From IMG/VR virus record IMGVR_UViG_3300008114_000018: DNA of 64,000 nucleotides; one strand, given 5' to 3'. The position numbers and the translations under genes are program-made. Positions 58,294-64,000 of this stretch are shown one piece after another; the stretch's first letter is position 1; every line of letters starts with the position of its first letter. The DNA comes from an uncultured virus (IMG/VR IMGVR_UViG_3300008114_000018) (Duplodnaviria > Heunggongvirae > Uroviricota > Caudoviricetes). The notes under the pieces were generated by a model. The model had not been told where the DNA came from. It did not search any database and saw only the letters and a program-made list of their open reading frames with translations.

Positions 58294-58913
58294 AGAATTT
58301 CAGTAAGCATAACACCCCATTCAGTGATATGCTTTTTAACGCCTTGTTCGTAAAACACAGTAAGGTCTACATTGTCACCGAATGTACTTTCAAGCCAACG
58401 GTCTTGACTTTTTTGACCTATTACATGTTTCAATATATGCACGGGGACAGTTGCTTGCGCTTTGTCAACGCAAGCATACATATCAAAGGTATGTAATGTA
58501 TTATCTTTGATATAAAAACTATGCGGTTGTATAGTAAGTTTAATAAAATTATTTGATTCTAAATCTTGTATAATTTGTTTTAATTGTGATTTCCAATCTA
58601 TACAATGATCTTCTAAAGCACGATTGGTAAACAATACATTGTTACAAGATTCTGTAAATTCTATAAAAATTTTCTTAGTTGAAGTATCAACATGTTTAAC
58701 TACTGGTGCCCAAGAATAATTTTTAAATTGCTCTAAGTATTTTAATTCACGATCCCAATAAAATGAATTATCAAAATCTATTCTAGCATTTCCGTAATCC
58801 ATGCATAATGTGCCACTATCTTTATCTAACAATGGCACATATACATGATTAGTATAACTGGGTACATCAAAATCTAATCTAAAAACTTCTTCCCAATTAT
58901 CTGTGTTATACAT
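58290..58913 (-). CDS. Kinase-like fold protein, paralog of 55622-56311
   Basis: WDRELKY...P....D....KIFIE...DWK.QL..II...PHSFY. Confidence 0.45.
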   Translation of the reverse strand: MYNTDNWEEVFRLDFDVPSYTNHVYVPLLDKDSGTLCMDYGNARIDFDNSFYWDRELKYLEQFKNYSWAPVVKHVDTSTKKIFIEFTESCNNVLFTNRALEDHCIDWKSQLKQIIQDLESNNFIKLTIQPHSFYIKDNTLHTFDMYACVDKAQATVPVHILKHVIGQKSQDRWLESTFGDNVDLTVFYEQGVKKHITEWGVMLTEIL

Positions 58914-59046
58914 TATTTCTCCGTTTTAGAAATCATTGCTCTGATTTTTGTTTCAAGCATTTTAGCCCAAAATGGTTGTGGGAAGTTCCAACCTATAAAT
59001 GCTCCTACTAATATCCATAAAAGTGTATCTAACATAATATAGCTCC

Positions 59047-59430
59047 TTATTGTAAGTTATGTTTTTGTTTATAATCGTTCACTGCTGCTTTGATAGCATC
59101 CTCCGCCAGTATTGAACAGTGAATTTTGACTGGCGGTAAAGCCAACTCCTCTGCAATTTCCGTGTTCTTAATTTCTGTAGCTTCCGTAAGTGTTTTGCCT
59201 TTAAGCCATGTCGTGACCAACGACGAACTAGCAATCGCCGAACCACACCCATAGGTTTTGAATTTTGCATCGGTGATAGTTTCATTTTCTACCTTTATCT
59301 GAAGTTGTAGGACGTCTCCGCAAGCCGGGGCTCCAACTAAGCCTGTTCCTACACTAGGATCATTTTTATCTAACTTACCTACATTTCTAGGATTTTCATA
59401 ATGATCTAATACTTGACCTGAATATGCCAT
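59047..59430 (-). CDS. iscU: Fe-S cluster scaffold IscU
   Basis: GAPACGD, YGCGSA, LPPVKIHC. Confidence 0.97.
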   Translation of the reverse strand: MAYSGQVLDHYENPRNVGKLDKNDPSVGTGLVGAPACGDVLQLQIKVENETITDAKFKTYGCGSAIASSSLVTTWLKGKTLTEATEIKNTEIAEELALPPVKIHCSILAEDAIKAAVNDYKQKHNLQ

Positions 59431-59949
59431 TTAAAACGTTCCTTCCTTTGTTTCTACAACTAACCAACCTAATTTAAATAAATCTTCTTTTACTTCATCA
59501 GTGACTTCACCTTCACCAACATAATGTTTAGTTAAGTCACCATCATCGTGACGTATGCCACTACAGTACCAATCCATGTAATCACCTTCTCCAGTAAGGT
59601 CAGCGACAATGCCGCCTGCATAACGCCAACTGCAAGTCCATACTTCATCTTTTAAAATAGGCATAACATCATTGCGTTGGAACTCATTATTGCATAATGC
59701 TGCGTAAATATTTTGTGCGTAGGCTCTATTTTTGCATTTTTCTACGATAAGTTCACTACTACGCAAATCGTATTCTAAGTTATTCTTTTGCCATTCTGGA
59801 TCATTCTCTAAAGCCATTTTATCTGCTTCAAAGTTAATGTAAAAGTCTGCTAGTTTTTCCTTCATATCATCTTCATAGGTATCAGGAATTCTAGCAATTC
59901 TATTTTGTAGAGTTTGCTCTCTGTGTTTACTTATAGCTAACTTCTTCAT
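59431..59949 (-). CDS. Conserved phage hypothetical protein
   Basis: YAQNIYAALCNN...CSWRYAGGIVAD...DYMDWYCSG. Confidence 0.65.
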   Translation of the reverse strand: MKKLAISKHREQTLQNRIARIPDTYEDDMKEKLADFYINFEADKMALENDPEWQKNNLEYDLRSSELIVEKCKNRAYAQNIYAALCNNEFQRNDVMPILKDEVWTCSWRYAGGIVADLTGEGDYMDWYCSGIRHDDGDLTKHYVGEGEVTDEVKEDLFKLGWLVVETKEGTF

Positions 59950-60364
59950 TGTTGACTTCTATCCAAGTATGATCACCTAAATATTGCACCTGTGTTATAT
60001 ACTCATAACTATCAGGTACCCCTGTTGTCCAATCATTCGGTCCCATTGGTATAAGAATATTTTTCTGTATCTTGTTATCAAATGCTAACCAATATGTTTT
60101 ACCGTGAAACAATTGAAATTTATATTCCGCAGCATGTACCATATCGGTTATATCAAGTCTGCGCTTTAACTGCTCTGCTTGTTTTTGTAATACAGTAACA
60201 AGCTCCATAATTCTGTTGTATTCTTGCTGAGCATACATTCTTGCTGTATTCAGCATTAAATCTTTTTGTTGTTTTACTGGGACAAGCTCAAACTTCGGAG
60301 CCCCAATATCCATAGGATATGTTAGGCTATGATGTTTATCGGGGTCCGAAGGTTTTAGTCTCAT
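59927..60364 (-). CDS. DUF2452-like protein
   Basis: YP.DIGAPKF...VH.AEY.F....GKTYWL...P.DW; MRLKP start preferred. Confidence 0.55.
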   Translation of the reverse strand: MRLKPSDPDKHHSLTYPMDIGAPKFELVPVKQQKDLMLNTARMYAQQEYNRIMELVTVLQKQAEQLKRRLDITDMVHAAEYKFQLFHGKTYWLAFDNKIQKNILIPMGPNDWTTGVPDSYEYITQVQYLGDHTWIEVNNEEVSYK

Positions 60365-60592
60365 TGTCTGTAACAAATAACGTGAAGTATTCCGCCTAGT
60401 GAAACAAAGGCTACCCACGTATTTAGTGTGTATGGTATAGCAAGACTTGGGAACAATGTGTTAATTGCCCAAATGCCTACTATTGGACTAAGAATAAAAA
60501 AGCCCAATATTAATAACATAGTAACTACAGTGCCCAAAAGCGGACCAAACATTGCTCTTGTTCTTACTGCGTTTCTTTTCATACTAATACCT

Positions 60593-61267
60593 TTAAGCAT
60601 CTTTCACCCCCTTTACTTGATTAGGTTTTTTACTACGATGTTTTTCGTAGAAAATATGGTTTCCAATTTTCACTACCTTTCTATAAGGCCACATCGGATT
60701 TACCCATAAATTATGAAAGAATAAAACTGTGCTTGGCACTACGTCTTTATATGAATCATATGCTAGTACATTATATGCAATTCTTTCACTTTGTTTGTAT
60801 CTTGGATCGTTGACATTCAATGGTCTTCTATCACTTTCACATACCCAACTAAATTGGCACAATTTTACCTTTTTATGACCTTCATCATCAATATATGGAT
60901 CATCGTCCACTGGCATTAACTTTGTGCTAACTTGATAAACCACTGAGCAAGGATTAGCTGCGAATCCATGTGCTACACGATTCATTACTACCCTAGCAAC
61001 TGCTTGTTTGCCCTTTTCAGACTCACTGCCTGCTTCATAAAAAATATTTGTAGCCAAACATTTTAGTTGCTTTGCATCAACATATTTTGGTTTAACCGGT
61101 ACTTGTACGACCTCTTCTTCTTCAGCAAGAATTTCAGGAATAACAAGCAACGTTTCTCTATTAATAATTAAAAACATACCCAAAAATAAGACGCCGAGGG
61201 TAGTTAAAAACTTCTTAATACTAATAATACGTAGGTTTGGTAGGTAACTCATAAATCTCCTTTCCAC
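60593..61267 (-). CDS. SleB-like cell wall hydrolase (Hydrolase_2)
   Basis: CLA.NIFYEAGSE...AVARVVMNRV...CQFSW...IGNHIFY. Confidence 0.9.
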   Translation of the reverse strand: MERRFMSYLPNLRIISIKKFLTTLGVLFLGMFLIINRETLLVIPEILAEEEEVVQVPVKPKYVDAKQLKCLATNIFYEAGSESEKGKQAVARVVMNRVAHGFAANPCSVVYQVSTKLMPVDDDPYIDDEGHKKVKLCQFSWVCESDRRPLNVNDPRYKQSERIAYNVLAYDSYKDVVPSTVLFFHNLWVNPMWPYRKVVKIGNHIFYEKHRSKKPNQVKGVKDA

Positions 61268-61325
61268 CCATAGTATACACTACAAGCTTAAAAAAAACAA
61301 GAATTTTGGATATAACTTAACTAAG

Positions 61326-63545
61326 TTATAAATTCTCTAAGTCGTCCCAACAATCACAGTTACAGTCTATAACCTCTTGAGCCGCTGCTTCTACTGTGTT
61401 GATATGGACAATTACATTTGAAGATATATCAAATATATCTAAATTTGAAGGGATAAGCGAAGTTTCGTTAGATCCTGCGAAACTACCTGGTTCCAATGCT
61501 GCACCTGTAACCTTTGGTACACTTAAATTCCCTGAGGGCACAATTGGTTTATCGTCTGGTACATCATTATCCAGAACACCTCCTGCTAACCCTAACCTTT
61601 TTGCGTTGCGTGCCTCTCGCATCGCCGCAATTATACTTTTTCCTCCTATAGTTGTGTCGCTTATTTTCTCAAGTGTGGCTGCAGCCATTCCATACCCGGT
61701 ATCTTCAGCATAATTATCTAAATTCTCAGCAAATGAGTACAAGTCTAATTGATTTGCACTGTCATTCGCCGTTATAAAGCTATTTCTAGCATTTATCTCT
61801 ATAACTAATTGTGAACCTAAATTTCTCCACAATGTATTTAACTCTTGTGCTAAGGCTGACTTAGCGTTTCTTATATTTGTTATCTCTGTGTTTGCCTGTG
61901 TAATTAAAGTAGTCAAAACACTGTCGTTGTTTCTTGCTACATTTAATTCTGTAACCATGTTTGTATAAATTTGCTTTAACGTAGATGTTTGTAATTCCAA
62001 AACCAATGCATTTATTCTTGCAATCTTATAAGGTATTCCACTCATTGAACCAAAAAAGTCGTTGAATATATAACTACCGTCAACTCCACTTCCTTTAGCA
62101 ACGTTCTGTATGATTGAATTTACGTATGCAGGATCGTTTGGTGTTGTTGTACCATTTATACCTGTTATGTCGCTAATTGATTCCATGTTAGTCACAACCT
62201 GCGCAAACTTTTCAATATCCATTGTAGTGATGTTTTTAATTTGTAGCATACTACGTTTGAATGCGTCATTTGCAACTGCTATGTTTTCTGGTAAAATAAC
62301 TTTTAAATCTGTGCCATAATCTTTATTTAATAAAGCACCGTTAGTTCCCTTACCAGAAAATATAAATTGATATATCTTACTGTTCGCTCTTGCTGTTGTA
62401 GTATTATAGATTGGAGTAGTTAATGAATTTCTACTGACTGGAAATAATTTAGCAACATCAAGTAAATCAACTAAACTATTTAAATTTTGTGTTTGAGTAT
62501 TGAGTGGTATTAGTACCTCATTTAATTCTTCACCCATAACTAATTTAAATGCCTCATAGATTTTCTTTTCTTGTTCTATAGTAGGATTAACTGTTTCTTG
62601 AGTTAGGTCTAAAATTTCCTCTGTGGTTAATCCAGCTGAGACTAAAGCAATGTTTACTGATTCAGTAATAGCATTGTTCTCTTGTAATGTAATCAATAAA
62701 CTATATGGACTACCAAAACTATCTAATTTCTTTAAATCTAATGCTTTACCTAATCTTATTAAGTCTTGACCAAAAGACAAAGTAGCTAATGACACGCCGG
62801 TAACATCACCAGTAATCAAATCATTCATGTTGCTGTAAGTGCCATTAAGAAAGCCAACTGAGTTAGTTATGCTATTGATAGTTTTATTCAACTGCTTAAT
62901 CATACCATTAGCTTGTGTAAAGCTTGATATAAAATGAGGATAAGTGCCTCTATAATAATAAAACTCTTTACTCGCTTGTAAAGCTAAAATTCTTAAAAAG
63001 CCATAACTAGAACCTTCATCAGTAAATATTTCTACTTTACTTCCTTTAGGCGGAGATACAGTAAAACTCAAAAGATTATTATTTACATTATATGTTGATG
63101 TAGCTTGTGTTACGCCATCTATCTTGACTGTATAAGGTGATCTTCCTGTACTAGGAGTTATTGTATTATTAGTTGGTGCTAGATGATTAAATCTGAAAAC
63201 ATTTTGTTCGCCTAATAGCAACCAGCTATCATAGAAAAAAGGATTGTATGAAATCGTAAACGTATCTGGTGGGCTATTACCCAATGCAGGTATTGTAGTT
63301 GAACCAATAGAAATTAAATTATTATAAACACTTTGACTTACATTACCGCCTATCTTAGTCCATGCCAATCTTATTGCATCAGACAACGAATTACTAGTAG
63401 CGAACCCACCTTTCACGTAATGGTTAGGTGAGTTACTCACACCAGCACCGTCAGTGATACCAGGATTAATTCTAAATCCTTCGTTTTTTATTAATCCTGT
63501 TACTGCGTTGATGCTTAGGGGAGTATGTTTACCTTGAAGGCTCAT
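61326..63545 (-). CDS. Large structural protein, probably baseplate-associated
   Basis: ~740 aa, directly downstream of PAAR; CNCDCW C-terminus. Confidence 0.55.
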   Translation of the reverse strand: MSLQGKHTPLSINAVTGLIKNEGFRINPGITDGAGVSNSPNHYVKGGFATSNSLSDAIRLAWTKIGGNVSQSVYNNLISIGSTTIPALGNSPPDTFTISYNPFFYDSWLLLGEQNVFRFNHLAPTNNTITPSTGRSPYTVKIDGVTQATSTYNVNNNLLSFTVSPPKGSKVEIFTDEGSSYGFLRILALQASKEFYYYRGTYPHFISSFTQANGMIKQLNKTINSITNSVGFLNGTYSNMNDLITGDVTGVSLATLSFGQDLIRLGKALDLKKLDSFGSPYSLLITLQENNAITESVNIALVSAGLTTEEILDLTQETVNPTIEQEKKIYEAFKLVMGEELNEVLIPLNTQTQNLNSLVDLLDVAKLFPVSRNSLTTPIYNTTTARANSKIYQFIFSGKGTNGALLNKDYGTDLKVILPENIAVANDAFKRSMLQIKNITTMDIEKFAQVVTNMESISDITGINGTTTPNDPAYVNSIIQNVAKGSGVDGSYIFNDFFGSMSGIPYKIARINALVLELQTSTLKQIYTNMVTELNVARNNDSVLTTLITQANTEITNIRNAKSALAQELNTLWRNLGSQLVIEINARNSFITANDSANQLDLYSFAENLDNYAEDTGYGMAAATLEKISDTTIGGKSIIAAMREARNAKRLGLAGGVLDNDVPDDKPIVPSGNLSVPKVTGAALEPGSFAGSNETSLIPSNLDIFDISSNVIVHINTVEAAAQEVIDCNCDCWDDLENL

Positions 63546-63823
63546 GGGCAAAAGACGTTTGGACTTCCAGTAACAATGCTATGACCGCAACTGTTACCTG
63601 ATCCAACACGTAAGACTGGACAATTCTCTGCAAACACAGTTGGGCTACCATCTGTGGTTGTTGCTGCTGCATGTGGGGGATGTGGTTTTCCAAAGGGTGC
63701 GTGTGGTGTTATCTGACTTACATGTAATCCTACAGGAATTCCATTGGCAAAAACTGTGCCGGCTCCACGCATAATGGCTCCACCCGGTTGATCTGTATCT
63801 CCTTTTCTGCTTAGTTGTGGCAT
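63542..63823 (-). CDS. PAAR spike-tip protein (T4 gp5.4-like)
   Basis: RKGD...TVFANG.PV...H...GSPTVF...R.G...CGH.IVTGSPNVF. Confidence 0.9.
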   Translation of the reverse strand: MPQLSRKGDTDQPGGAIMRGAGTVFANGIPVGLHVSQITPHAPFGKPHPPHAAATTTDGSPTVFAENCPVLRVGSGNSCGHSIVTGSPNVFCP

Positions 63824-63845
63824 AACACCTCTCTAACTATTTACC

Positions 63846-64000
63846 TAATATTTTACTTACAATCTATTACCCAAGTACTATCTTTTTCTCAGGGACTTTA
63901 ATCCCTGTAGTAGCTTCTATATACTTAACTTTAACTTGCTCGTTAGTATCTCCAACGACAGCAATGCTATTAGTATTTAGTCTAAATTTACCCTCCATAT
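63846..64000 (-). CDS. Hypothetical protein, C-terminal part (5' end outside the window)
   Basis: Open frame containing ...EQVKVKYIEATTGIKVPEKKIVLGN...; exact stop approximate. Confidence 0.45.

Noticed and set aside
43142..58913. Complete pqq operon or 7-deazaguanine (queCDE/folE/dpdA) pathway
   Set aside because: No PqqB/C/D, FolE, QueD or DpdA is recognisable; only generic radical SAM and PP-loop motifs
1..64000. Stop-codon reassignment or suppressor tRNA
   Set aside because: Known genes are full length in the standard code, TAG and TGA end genes normally, and no CTA, TTA or TCA anticodon was found

Overview
A 64 kb AT-rich segment of a large T4-like/jumbo myophage genome. The host is probably a betaproteobacterium (Burkholderiales-like DnaK, IscU, ErpA, AhpC/AhpD and PqqA), and the genetic code appears standard. 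Layout: (1) 1-12.8 kb, + strand late/virion genes (Gly-rich protein, putative head-packaged proteins, lytic transglycosylase, IF-1, SOD, ErpA, two long fibre proteins); (2) 12.9-22.5 kb, - strand small early genes behind repeated sigma70-type promoters; (3) 22.7-27.1 kb, a + strand cassette led by a LuxR-type regulator (collagen-like, Tyr-rich and fibre-domain proteins, plus a papain-like peptidase with no ATG/GTG/TTG start upstream of its catalytic Cys); (4) 27.1-40.9 kb, a - strand array of 27 tRNAs covering all 20 amino acids plus one tRNA-like RNA, mixed with about ten structured non-coding elements, rpoZ, ppiC, dnaK, two HNH genes and an unlisted pqqA; (5) 41.4-59.4 kb, AhpC/AhpD and a ~16 kb cluster of six radical SAM enzymes, four 2OG-Fe(II)-oxygenase-like proteins, transferases and IscU; (6) 60.6-64 kb, SleB-like hydrolase, baseplate-region protein and PAAR. 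The most notable items missing from the ORF track are a leader-peptide attenuator heading the tRNA/ncRNA block, a duplicated ~200-nt structured RNA, pqqA, a candidate -1 frameshift producing the peptidase, and an HNH gene overlapping tRNA-Ser. All calls are by eye; no database searches were run.
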